Below, piece by piece: positions 19,537 through 40,200 of a DNA stretch of 64,000 bases. The notes beneath the pieces are model-generated. The model had not been told where the DNA came from, made no database searches, and saw only the letters and a list, made by a program, of their open reading frames with translations. Made by a program: the position numbers and the translations under genes. Position 1 is the stretch's first letter, and every line of letters begins with the position of its first letter. The stretch lies in assembly GCF_009914755.1 (NCBI RefSeq), contig NC_060926.1; one strand, given 5' to 3'. The DNA comes from the human T2T-CHM13v2.0 reference genome, Homo sapiens.

Positions 19537-20023
19537 GTCAGATGGGTAATGTGCCCACGTTGTAACAAGGTTTGATGCGGTTTGGCTCTGTGTCCCCACC
19601 GAAATCTCATGTTGAATCATAATTCCCAGTGTTGGCGGAGGAACCCGGTGGGAGGTGATTGGATTATGGGGGCAATTTCCCCATTCTGTTCTCGTGATAA
19701 TGAGTGAGTTCTTGTGAGATCTGATGGTTTAAAAGTGTGTGGCACTTCCCTCCTTGCTTCCTGTCTCTCTCTCTCCTGCCACCACGTGAAGAAGGTGCTT
19801 CTTCCCCTTCCCCTTCTGCCATGATGGTAAGCTTCCTGAGGCCTCCCAGTCATTCTCCTGTTAAGCCTGCAGAACTGTGAGTCAATTAAACCACTTGTCT
19901 TCATAAATTATCCAGGTAGTTCTTTATAGCTGTGTGAAAATGGACTAATACAGGTTTGAGGGAGGCACATCTCAAACATGCGTGTGCAAACCCAATCATC
20001 ACACTTACGAACTACAAAAGGAT
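19537..20023 (-). pseudogene. U13 (SNORD13) snoRNA retropseudogene in two pieces (5' part 19953-20023; 3' part 19537-19572), split by an MSTA LTR
   Basis: Rejoined minus strand atccttttgtagttcgtaagtgtgatgattggg...gagatgtgcctccctcaaaccttgttacaacgtgggcacattacccatctgac matches U13; box C (TGATGA) and box D (CTGA) present; A-rich tail at ~19511-19533. Confidence 0.88.
19573..19952 (+). mobile_element. MaLR solo LTR, MSTA-like (strand = orientation reading TGAT...TAATACA)
   Basis: tgatgcggtttggctctgtgtccccacc ... ggactaataca termini, 380 bp, flanked by GGTT(T) duplication. Confidence 0.88.
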
Positions 20024-20571
20024 CTCCCCATCTCCCTTATCTTCTTAATCAAGCCTTACCTTTTTCTCACTCTGAATAAACTGTTCCCTGCTTTGCACTC
20101 CAGTAGCAGCCTATAGCATTTACTTTATACCTTGCATTATTTTGTTGGGTTTCTCTACATATACATGGGCACATACATAGAGTAGGTTTGGAAACATAAG
20201 CAAGAAGTGTTCACAATGTAGATGATATTATTATTATTAAATTGAGCCGTTTGGGTGAGATGTTGATGATAATAACAATGCTCTCATTTGGTTAACAATA
20301 AATATTTCAACTTCACAATATACTCCAATACATAAAACGTCTTAAAAACATCAAAGAGCTGATAAAAGAGTGAAAAATTACAAGACAAAAATATAAGCCT
20401 GGGCAACATGGTGAAACCCCGTCTCTACAAAACATATGAAAAATTAGCTGGCCATGGTGGCGCACATCTGTGGTAACAACTACTTGAGAGGCCGAGGTGG
20501 GAGGATCACTTGAGCCAGGATCACACCACTGCACTCCAGCCTGGGTGACAGAGTGAGACTCTGTCTCAAAC

Positions 20572-20960
20572 AAAAGGGAAAGGGGAAAGGAAGGAAAGGG
20601 AAGGGGAGGGGAGGGGAGGGGAGGGAAGGGGAGGGGAGGGGGAAGAAAGGAAAGGAAAGGAAAAGAAAGGGGAAGAAAGGAAAGGAGAAGAAAGGAAAAA
20701 GGAAAGAAAAGGAGAAGGAGAAAGGAAAGGAGAGAGAAGAGGGGAGGGGAGGGGAGGGAGGAGGGGAGGGGAGGGGAGAGGGGAGGGGGGAGGGGAGGGG
20801 AGGGGGAGGGGAGGGAGTGGAGGGGGGAGGGGAGGGGAGTGGAGGGGGGAGGGGAGGGGAGGGGGAGGGGAGGGGGAGGGGAGGGGAGGAGAGGAGAGGA
20901 GAGGAGAGGAGAGGAGAGGAGAGGAGAGGAGAGGAGAGGAGAGGAGAGGAGAGGAGAGGA
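20572..20960. repeat. Polypurine/polypyrimidine compound repeat (GGAAA, GGGGA, GAGGA x15)
   Basis: 389 nt with only two pyrimidines (20818, 20840), extending from an Alu tail. Confidence 0.95.
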
Positions 20961-21049
20961 CTCTAAGAGGTAAGTGAAGGACGATAGACACCTTTGCCCT
21001 GAAGGCATTTGCCAACCTTAGAGAAATTGTGCTTCAGTTTAGATGACTG

Positions 21050-25000
<3,951 letters not shown>

Positions 25001-25489
25001 TAGTTTATGACACTGGGACTCAGCATTTCTATTTCATTGAGCGTTTTCTTTTGGTCTATTAATCAGTTGTTTATTTCTGCTAACATGTAAAAGAAAGCTT
25101 ATTTGCTGTGAGGTATATAAAATTATGTGTGTACACCTCAATATTAATTCTATTTTCTAATTATATATTTGTAAACTGTTCTATGTTCTTACCATTCTTG
25201 TCTTCTTGGTCCATCCTAGACTTAGTGAAGTATTAAAATCTCCTACTTTGTTCATGTTTCTGTCCATTTCTTCTTGTATTCTAACAGATTTTGCTTTGTG
25301 CACTTTGTTGTTTTTGACAAATCTGGTTTTATTAAGCCTCTGCTCTCAATCTTGCAATGATTTTCCATTATATGTGGAATAAAAATCTAAAACACTTGTC
25401 AAGTCCTACAAAAAGCCTATATGATCTGGTTCCTGGCTACCTCATTTCCTGCCATTCTTTCTGCCAATTTATTTATTTATTTTTGTTGA

Positions 25490-26250
<761 letters not shown>

Positions 26251-26505
26251 GGGACCCTGTGCTTGAAAATTACGTATTTATTATCTTCAGTATAATGTGT
26301 TATGGGGGTAGAAACTTCATTGTTGTGTTCACCAATGTATCTCAAGCTGGTACACAGTATTCAACAAATATCTGCTGAATGAATGAAACGTATTGCTTTA
26401 TTATTTGGTTGTTCCTCTTATCAATATTAGTTATCTTCTAGAATGTGGTTTTGCTTTCAGTTCTACTTTGATATTAATACTGTCACCATCATTTTTTGTT
26501 CATGA

Positions 26506-26823
<318 letters not shown>

Positions 26824-27832
26824 TGAACTCCTGACCTCAAATGATCCGCTCACCTCGGCCTCCCAAAGTGCTGGGATTACAGGCGCAAGCCACCGCGCCT
26901 GGCCTTCATGTTGTTTTTTAATTCGAATTGTCTTTTATATATGATATTATATATGATATTAAGCATATATATAAATTCTTTTATATATGATATTAAGCAT
27001 TTCCATTTATCCAGTTATTTCTGTAATCCTACATTATGTTTTATAAATTTTGTTTTCTTAGTATTTCATTCCCTCTGCTATTTGATAAAACTTACTTTCT
27101 CAGACTACATGACATGCTAGCTAATGGCAAAGGGATAGGAAATGGGAAGTGGAGGACATTATAAAATACCAATCACAGCTTCTTGACCAACGGAAGCAAG
27201 CAAAGTCTGTACTAATCCCCATTTATTCTTTATCCTGGTGTGTGTGTGTGTGTGTCTATGAAACATTTTCAACCAATTTCTTCTTTTTACTCTTGATGAT
27301 TAAATTTGTTTGTTGGTGGTAAATTTTATAATTTGGTCCTTAGGTTACAGAATATCACGTTGAGATTTTTGACTGAACTAGAAGAATAATGAACATCACT
27401 GAGAAACCCAGAGATTGATCAGACTTAGCATCTTCCCTCTGGAGGAGAGTATGCATTTTTTATTTTGTTTTGTTTTGTGACAGGATCTCACTGCAGGCTG
27501 GATTGCACTGGTGTGATCTTGGCTCACTGCAGCCTAGGCCTCCTGGACTCACTCAGGCGATCTTCCCACCTCAGCCTCCCCAGTAGCTGGGACTACAGGT
27601 ACCTGCCACCATGCCCAAGTAACTTTTCTGTAGAAACGGGGTTTTGTCACGTTGCCCAGGTGGGTCTCAAACTCCTGGGCTCAAGCGATCCTCCCACTTC
27701 AGCCTCCCAAAGTGCTGAGATTGCTATGCAGCGCCTAGCAAAGTACATATTTTTGTTTAAATGAGAGAAGCTGCATTATTTCAAGAGGGAGAATGGTGGT
27801 ATAGCTACTGCTGTTGTTTGGGAGTATGGCTA

Positions 27833-28027
<195 letters not shown>

Positions 28028-28030
28028 TCA

Positions 28031-28640
<610 letters not shown>

Positions 28641-28783
28641 CCAGACCCTGATCGATAAACCAAAAATTCAAAATTTTTCTTTTTCCAGCTAAATTTCATT
28701 TAAATGAGTTGCTCAAATGTTCATTTAGCCTCTTTTCACTGAGTAAGAAACTTAGTTTTGTAAATAGTCTTTGGCATTAACTA

Positions 28784-28996
<213 letters not shown>

Positions 28997-29342
28997 TCAA
29001 CACATTGTTATCCATTGGGCAAAAATGATCATTGCCATGCTCTGATAGTTTTAAAATGATCAGACAGGAAATTCATTATATTGCAAACTGGTGTTCAGAA
29101 ATGTTAGGATTTTCAGTATTTTTATTTTCCAAACATTATTTTAAAAGAACATTAAAAGCATTAGAAATACAAATCTTGCCTAATGGTTAACATACGAACA
29201 ATTATTATAAAATGTTTAAAATACGTCACATACTTTGCATCACAGTAAGCATCAAGAGAACTAATTAACATATCCTGATAATTAATCATATTCAACTGAA
29301 TTCTCATTACTTTTAGTTCTCATTTTAGCCCTTATGAAGAGA

Positions 29343-29426
29343 TAAGTTATATATTTCTACCTCCACCTGTATCATCATGACACCTTTATTATGATAACAC
29401 AGGTAGAAGTAGACATATATAACTTA
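29343..29426 (-). ncRNA. MIR3682: microRNA precursor hairpin mir-3682 (5p ~29391-29412, 3p ~29357-29377)
   Basis: 35-nt inverted arms 29343-29377 and 29392-29426 with a 14-nt loop. Four of the five arm differences are G-U wobbles on the minus strand. The 3p arm UGAUGAUACAGGUGGAGGUAG is recognised as miR-3682-3p. Confidence 0.9.
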
Positions 29427-30059
29427 CGAAGAAAGAAGTTATGTCTCTATAGATATAGAGATATAGATACGGACGGGGGCTATGAATCGAGCCCACTATG
29501 TATTTCATGCAATTTATAACAATAATTTTTTTAACTTTTCTTTTGGAGATTATTTTTTGATGAGCATAAAGAGACAATACCTCATATGCACCTGCTTAGT
29601 TTTCTTTGTGCTGTAATTTTTACCTCCCAATGATGGGCCTCATGCCAGTCAAATCATCTCAAACTCAAACGTCACACAGAAAACCTGCCATTTTAAATTT
29701 TATAAATAGAAATTACTTTTGTGTTAATATTTTATTGTATCACATTTGAAATGCCTAGCCAATTTTTGTATTTTTAATAGAGACAAGGTTTTTTGCATAG
29801 CCAAAAAAATAGATATATGCCTTTAAAAATGTGATGCTTGATTAATGTTGTCTTCATTATAAAGCTGTTTGGCACACTGGGGTAAATACCAGGTTTTGAA
29901 TTAAGACAAAAATCTAATTCCTAATTTGCCACAATTCTTTGTACGATCTTGGGAAAGAATATTAGATTTCTTAATTCTTTGTTAAAAAGAGATAATAGGC
30001 CAGTGCACTGGCTCACGCCTGTAATCCCAGTACTTAGGTAGGCCGAGGTGGGTGGATCA

Positions 30060-30275
<216 letters not shown>

Positions 30276-30717
30276 TTAAAAAAAAGAAAAGGGAAAAAGG
30301 GAAGGAGGGAGGGAGAAAGGGAAAGAAGGAGGGAGTAGGTAGGCAAATCAGTCTAAAAGGTGAACTTAAAAACAAAATAATTCGAGGCTGCCCCTGGGTG
30401 TGGCAAGAAAAAAATTTAGAAGAAAAAGAAAACAAAAGAAAATCTATGCCTATTTAAATCTCAAAAATAGAAATAACTGATCAATACTGAAAGGTAACAG
30501 TTATAAGATAAGGTTGAGCAGAGTTCTAATTGAATATCTATTCTGTCTTCTCTATACCTCTCATGACCCCTGTATTTGGGGAGAGCTGAGGGAGGAAACT
30601 ATAAATTAAATGCCTTTCAGCTGGATGTGGTTTCTCATGCCTGTAATCCTAGCACTTTGGGAGGCCGAGGTGGGTGGATTACTTGAGGCCAGGAATTCAA
30701 GACCAGCCTGGCTATCA

Positions 30718-30921
<204 letters not shown>

Positions 30922-31728
30922 TTACGCAAAGGAACAAAGTACCTTCCAATCTGCAATAATAACTCTTGAATATAACAATTTATAAAGATAGGTGTTGTAT
31001 ATTGATGCTCATCTTGTGTGTCTAACATTTAAAAACCTAGTGAGTTCAAATACTAACTGTATACTGAAAATATTTTTACAATAAAATATGAGTTCACAGT
31101 TGTTATGCTAGGAATCTCAGAGCATATAGTAAAATTAGTTTCAGGTATAGAAATACTTAAATCTATTTTTTCTTTCTGCCCATTTCCACTTTAAGATTAA
31201 TGGGAGAGAAATAAAATGATTAGTTTGAAAATAGATTATCTTGAGAATTTTTCTACCATAATAATAAATAAAGACAAAAAAGAAGTCATTTCTAAATAGT
31301 TACTTGAATACTGTCAGGTGGTTAGTAAACTCTTCTCACACAGAAGGAAAACATAAATCAAAACATTCCCAGTCTTATCTGTAAACCTTGTTAAGCAATA
31401 ATAAATATTGCCCAATGCATGACAGGAGTCCACACTGTTTTCCACAGAACACCGAGATGATTACCGCAGTGCCTTCTCTCCTGGGAACAGTGCACCTCTA
31501 CCATAGATGCAGTCCTCTTCACTAGGCTTCTTGAATAAGATCATTCAGAAACAATTCACTTTTGGGCCAGTTGGGGTGGCTCATGCCTGTAATCCCAGCA
31601 CTTCGGGAGGCCGAGGCAGGCAGATCACCTGAGGTCAGGAGTTCAAGACAAGTTCAAGACCTGTCTCTACTAAAAAATACAAAAATGAGCTGGGCATGGT
31701 GGCACACGCCTGTAATCCCAGCTACTCA

Positions 31729-31860
<132 letters not shown>

Positions 31861-32407
31861 TCACTTTTAACAAGCAAAAATATATTTCTTTTCTTTCTTT
31901 CTTTCTCTTTTTTTCATTTTTTTGAGATGACATCTCGCTCTTGTCACCCAGGCTGGAGTGCAATGGCACGATCTCAGCTCACTGCAACCTGTCTCCCAGG
32001 TTCAAGCGATTCTCTTGCCTCAACCTCCCGAGTAGCTGGGATTACAGGTGCTTGCCACCATGCGTTGCTAATTTTTGTGTTTTTAGTAGAGACGGGGTTT
32101 CATCATGTTGGCCAGGCTGGTCTCGAACTCCTGACCCTCAGGTGATCCACCCGCCTCAGCCTCCCAAAGTGCTGGGATTACAGGTGTGAGCCACCATGCC
32201 CGGCCCAAATATATTTCTTTTCAAAAGAATTGTAAACCTACTCAACTGACATAAAACATGTCTATAATAAGAAATGGCAATAATCATAATACTATATTCT
32301 TAGTTGACTGTCCTATGAAAGAAAAGTACCTAATACCTGTGTGAGTGTTTTTGGTAAAGACAGAGTTATCACCTTTTCTGCCTTAAGAATATATATATTT
32401 CTGGCTA

Positions 32408-32683
<276 letters not shown>

Positions 32684-32684
32684 T

Positions 32685-32717
<33 letters not shown>

Positions 32718-32863
32718 ATATATACATTTCCTTTAGAGACAGGGTCTTGCTGTGTTGCCCAGGCTGGACTCATAATCCCGGGCTCAAGTGATCCTCCTGC
32801 CTCAGCCTCCCAAGTAGCTAGGACTACAGGTGCATGCCACTGCACCCAGCTAACAATATATTA

Positions 32864-32869
32864 TTTATT
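32864..32869 (-). terminator. Candidate GPR75 polyadenylation signal AATAAA
   Basis: First minus-strand AATAAA/ATTAAA I found downstream of the GPR75 stop (~490 nt). Usage not shown. Confidence 0.45.
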
Positions 32870-33353
32870 CAAATCAACCTGCTACCAACAAGGTGTAGTG
32901 TTCCCGATTTCAACACTTCAAAAAATCAAAATTTACAATTCAATTAATAAAAATAACACCTCAGCAAAAATCATATTTTCACATTCTTTAAAAAAAATCC
33001 AGTCAATACCTTATTTTGAAGTCACATAACACTGACTCAAATCATGATAATCGGTTGACTTTCTACTTTAACACAGTAGCTTCATTCCTGGCATCTATTT
33101 AAAGGCTCGGTACAAAAGACTGAGGCAAAGAGCAGGGTAAAAAATCTAAAACTTTCACATCAAATCTTAAGATGTCAACAAACTACAAAGCAAATCAACA
33201 GATACTGACACATCAGATGAAAGAAAACCATAACTGCCAACTTTTCAGTTGAATCTTGTAGGTTTTGATCCGCCACTGATCTCAAGTTAGAATAAAGTCC
33301 ATTACTATCAGAAACAAAAACTGTTTACATAAGATCCTATAGCCTCCATGACT

Positions 33354-35085
<1,732 letters not shown>

Positions 35086-37163
35086 CTACACACAAAAATG
35101 CACACCCAGAAACAGAAAGGGATTAATGTAGAAACAGAAAGGAATTCATACAGTGATCTCATTATTAGTAGTAGTATTAGTACTAGTATCTCTCACCTTG
35201 AGAGAAAAATTTATTCATTTATTAGCAATGGGGTCTTACCATGTTGCCCAGGCTGGACTTGAACTCCTGTGCTCAAGCAGTCCTCCTGGCTTAGCTTCCC
35301 AAGTAGCTGGGACTACAGGCATGCACCACCAAACCCAGCTCTCTCTCTCTCTTTTTTTTTTTTAACAAAACACTAGAATTTTTCAGCTCTGATTTGGTGC
35401 ATAGACAGCATTTCTCCTCACAAAGGCCAACACAGAAAAAGATACAAATACATTCATCCAGCTAATATTTAGTTTTATGACACAGAGTTTTTCAAACAAG
35501 TTTAAGTGTCACCTGAAGAGCATGTTAAAAAGTTTAAGTTATCACTTGGAGAGCAGATTTCTTGGCCTCGCCCCTTGTGATTCTGTTTGAGGGGTGTGCA
35601 GATGTTACTTTTAGAAACACTTCTGTGTCAGGCACTGAAGATACACAAGAACGTAATCTCTCCACCAAAGAGATGACAATCTAGTTGGAGATCAATCTAA
35701 CTATGTAATAATTACAGCCTAATAAGGTTGCAGGGTGCTATGAGAGCATGGAAGGGGGGAACCTACTCCAACATGGAAAGGGAGCTGGGAAAGGATAAAG
35801 GGAGCTTTAGCAAGCACAGGCCAGCTGGATGAAAGGTCGGGGGTATGGAGTGGGGACAGACAGGCTAAGAGAAGTGGGGGTAGGTCTTTGCAGCAGAAGC
35901 ACTGCGGCAAAAAACTGCATGTGCTTGAAATATAGGCTGGAGGGTATTGTTGATGCATAATGTGGCCCTTCACATAATTCCCATAAATCATTAACAAACC
36001 CTGTTTCGTTCCCTATGAAGAATCCTTTATTTCCCAGTATTTATAATTTTTCCCCCAGCTTGCAATTTCTTGGCCAATTAACTACATATTCTCCTTTGGA
36101 AAAAAACCTTGTGTAGGACTACATGTGAGACGGAAAACTGGAAGTAACCAAGGATGTTGGAATTATATTAGAAATTTACAAGGTGCAAAGCACCACATTG
36201 TAAAGTCTAAACTGCTATATAAATGTGAGTTACCATTATCCCAACAAGAATATCCTGATGGTGAAGCAGGAGGCATGCACCCATTCCTGCATTCGTTCGC
36301 TCAATTTATATTAATTATGTGCATACCATATGCCAGCATTACGCCAGGTGCTAGGTGCTACGATGAGTAAGGCAGTCTCTACTTTAAAAGAATAACTTCT
36401 TGCTCCTTTTTCCTAACTTTTTTTTTTCTATTTTGCAATGAGACTTAATGTGCACTCACACAAATCTACATTGTCCCAAATCCCAAAGTCCTGCAAGGGT
36501 TGATGCCCAACCTGCTCCCAACAGATGCTTCTGGTGGGACCGACTAAGCTGTTCCTTGGAGACAGCACTATGTTCTTGACAACCAAAAAGGGTTTGCCTT
36601 AATCTAGAATTTTAGGAACAATAAGTGGCACTGCAGAGGTCCAGGGCTGATGTTCAGTGTACTTAACCACCAGCTCAAGCTGGATCCCAGAAGCCTCCAG
36701 CTGTTAACCCTTTAGTTGCCAGATCAAGGGGGTACAGCGGAATGAACCAGGTCAGTCAGGGATTACCTGGGGCTCCAATTAGCAGCTATGGACTACCCAA
36801 TACAGAAGTCTCTCCACATTTAACAACAGATACAGCCATGCCAGTGACTATCAGACATATACCAGTCCTGGGAAATCCATATAATTGACTGGTGTCCTTA
36901 ATCAAGGAAAAAGATAACTTAATCTATATTCTTAACATTCATATGGTACAGATCAGGACGATATGGTGAATTTGTCCACTGGAAAGTGAGACCAACTTTT
37001 CTATACTTTCCTTTCAAATAAAAGTTCCATAAGAGAAGAAAATCCTGAACTTTTGTTTCTTGATGGTTAGAATTTTTTAAAAATAGTACCAGATAGCTCT
37101 ATTTCCACTTAAAGGCTGTATATTTGTTTCTGAACACTTTTGATACCTATATAATGAGAAAGA

Positions 37164-37492
<329 letters not shown>

Positions 37493-38627
37493 GAGAAAGA
37501 CAATTTTTTACTGTTTTTAAAAGTTGCTAACAGGAGTATTACAGCTAATTTATGAAAAGGGAAGTAGAAGAGAAAACAATTTGAGGAGGCAGGAAGAGCA
37601 GGGAGGTGATACTGGTGTCTCTAACCCCCTTATCTCCAAGGGTTTCCTCTTTGGAGGTAGAGAGATGAAGAGGGGTGAAGAGGGATGCAGGAATTTGGCC
37701 TGGGGAAATTAGAAGAATGAGGAGTCTGGAATTAGGATGCTAAGACAAATGAAAAGTAACTAGGTAATAATGAAGCGGGATGATGGAAGTTATGAAGACC
37801 TCAGGCTAAGAGATATTTGGAAAAAGGGATTAGGAGAAAAATGAGATGATGAAGCACTAACATTAGTCAAGAATAGGAGGCAGGAGGAAAAAAGGTGATT
37901 TGGGGTAGAGGAGAGGCAACTTTCACGTTTTGTACAGTTACATTTTTTCAACAAATTTTAAATTTTTCAATATATATATTTTTAATAGAGATGGAGTCTC
38001 ACTATGTTGCCCTCACTGGTCTCCAACTTCTGGGCTCAAGCAATCTGCCTGCTTTGGCCTCCCAAAGTGCTGAGATTACAGGTGTGAGCCACTGTACCCA
38101 GCCTTCAGTAAATTAAAAAAAATAAGAATTCCAGGTCAGGAAATAACAATGGCAGTATAATTATCAGCATCATTATTAGTATATTAATTTTATCAAGTGC
38201 TTATGATGTGCCAGGTACTTTTCTCAATGTTCCACACTATTAGCTTATTGAGTCCTCATAACAACCCTGAAATACTTGATATAACATCTCCATTTTGCAG
38301 ATGAGGAAACCAAGTCAAAGAGAGGTTATCTAAAGTGGTGGAACATGGATTTGAATCTAAGCAGTTGCTCTTCCACACTCTTCACCACCATGCTAACCCG
38401 AACAACAAAAAAACCTTTTTGGGAGGCATCCCCAGGTCAGAAGTATTAAGTGGTTATTACACACCAGGCACCTATTCTAGAGGCTTTACATAAATTATCA
38501 AGCTTTATTTCATTCTCACAATAATCCTATGAATAGGTATTGCAATCCCTTCCCCACTGAAACTTTCTGGAATCCGAAATTCTGATACACCTATATAGCT
38601 ATATCTACATCTATGTAGATACAGATA

Positions 38628-38628
<1 letters not shown>

Positions 38629-38669
<41 letters not shown>
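38629..38669. repeat. (AC)20 microsatellite in GPR75 intron 1
   Basis: Uninterrupted AC run. Confidence 0.95.
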
Positions 38670-38670
<1 letters not shown>

Positions 38671-40053
38671 TCTTCTATGTATCTAACTGTAGTTCACATA
38701 TAAAGTAATCATAAATCACTCCTATTGAGATAATTAGAAAAAAAGGAATCATGGGCTGGGAAGAGAAAAGGGAGAAAAAGCAGAGGACAGAAAAGACGAA
38801 AAGGTTTGCAGAAAAACTTTAGTATAACAGAAATCAAGAAAATGGAGGGAAAGTAAACTCAGGTCTTAGTAGTAACTCCTGAGACTTTAAGAAAAAGGAG
38901 GCTGTGACCATAATTTGGAATGACATGATGACGGCAGAAAATAAAAGTGGTTTTGGAAGGGGAATAAATTAATACTGCTTTGCTACTCATAAATATTCAA
39001 TAAAGATTACCCATGTTATTTGCAATGCAAACATACAAGCTACTCTTCATCTCTGGGACGGAGAATAGGTTATAGAAGATGTGATTAAAGTCACAAAATC
39101 AGAAAGATTTTAAGCTGGAACACCAGTCTTAAGCATGCATATTAGCTGCAGTAAGAATGAATTCACATGCATATTCTTACAAATGAGACATCCTGAAGTA
39201 ACTAGCAAGCAAAGAATATGGATGAAAATTTATTGTATAATTTGAGTGGCAATGATTTTTCATTAAGATATGTGAACAGCCTCTGATATATCTAGTGTGC
39301 TGTTTTAAATTTTTAGTGAACATTAAAACATGCTATAGGGGCTTTCATAAATCAACTCACGACCTGAATTCTTCCAACCCCATTCCCCGCGCGCCCCAAA
39401 ATGTCTTAGGTTAGCATTTTCAAAGCCTAATCCTCACAGAGAGCAAGGTTCTGTATTATTGTGATTCCCATTGTATTTCTATCGATCAGGAAAACCTCAG
39501 GGAGGTTAGATAACTTCCCCAAGGTCATTATCTGATTTCAAAGCCCTTGCTCTTTCTATCCAGTAGAACTACATTGAACCCGGAGCAGCTAATGGGATGG
39601 GAAGACCTGAGTCATTTGATGGGAGGGATGAAGAGGCCAGGGAGCCCCCAGCCTGAGGACAGAGTGGGAAACTGCGGGCAGGGGAGGTCGACCCCCCCGT
39701 GAGGGGCTGGCGGTGGGTAGGGGCTTCCCGGAGAAGGGTGAGGTGACGGTAAGGAGGGCCTAGGCCGGGCCAGGTAAGCTTGCAAAAGAATGCCGCAGAG
39801 GGGTGGTGGGTTAGGAGGGCTCAGCCAGGGTAGGGGCGGTGGGTGGGTGGGTGGGGGGGGTTCCACGGCCGAGCAGAGCCTGGGAACCGGCAGGGACGGG
39901 CGAGAAGGCTACCCTGCAGGCCGCACCAGGAAGACAGGTACGCGGAGCCGGGCCTGGCCCAGCGCAGCCGCGCTCCTCGCTATCCCGCCAGCCTCCGGGA
40001 GCCGTCTCCGGCATCGTGGGGTTGTCCTCCTCCAGGGGCCCGCGGCCTCTCAC

Positions 40054-40154
40054 CTGCCGGGTGGCCGCAGCGCCGCCCCTCCTCCATCTCGCAGTCCGGA
40101 CCCCAGCTCCGCCTGCCGCTCTGGATGATGCAGGACTAGAGGCATCATCGCCAT
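40054..40154 (-). CDS. GPR75-ASB3: First coding segment of the GPR75-ASB3 read-through protein (MAMMPLVLHHPERQAELGSGLRDGGGAALRPPG-R, 101 nt, phase 2); ASB3 exons lie outside the window
   Basis: ATG at 40154 in strong context (gcgATGG), open to the donor at 40054. Identity with the read-through N-terminus is from recall of the locus; the acceptor exon is not in this window. Confidence 0.65.
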
Positions 40155-40200
40155 CGCCACCGCCTCCGCGCATCCCGGGAGCCGCGGCAAGACGCGGGCG
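40054..40200 (-). other. GPR75: GPR75 exon 1 (5'UTR exon, shared with GPR75-ASB3); 5' boundary approximate
   Basis: Consensus donor CAG|GTGAGA (GT at 40052-40053) inside the CpG island. The TSS cannot be fixed from sequence alone. Confidence 0.8.

Noticed and set aside
20313-21015. 231-, 149- and 137-aa low-complexity ORFs
   Set aside because: Translations of the polypurine repeat and adjacent Alu.
36702-36725. ttaaccctttagttgcc as a piggyBac terminus or transcription-factor site
   Set aside because: No matching inverted terminus found; the motif is too short to support a call.
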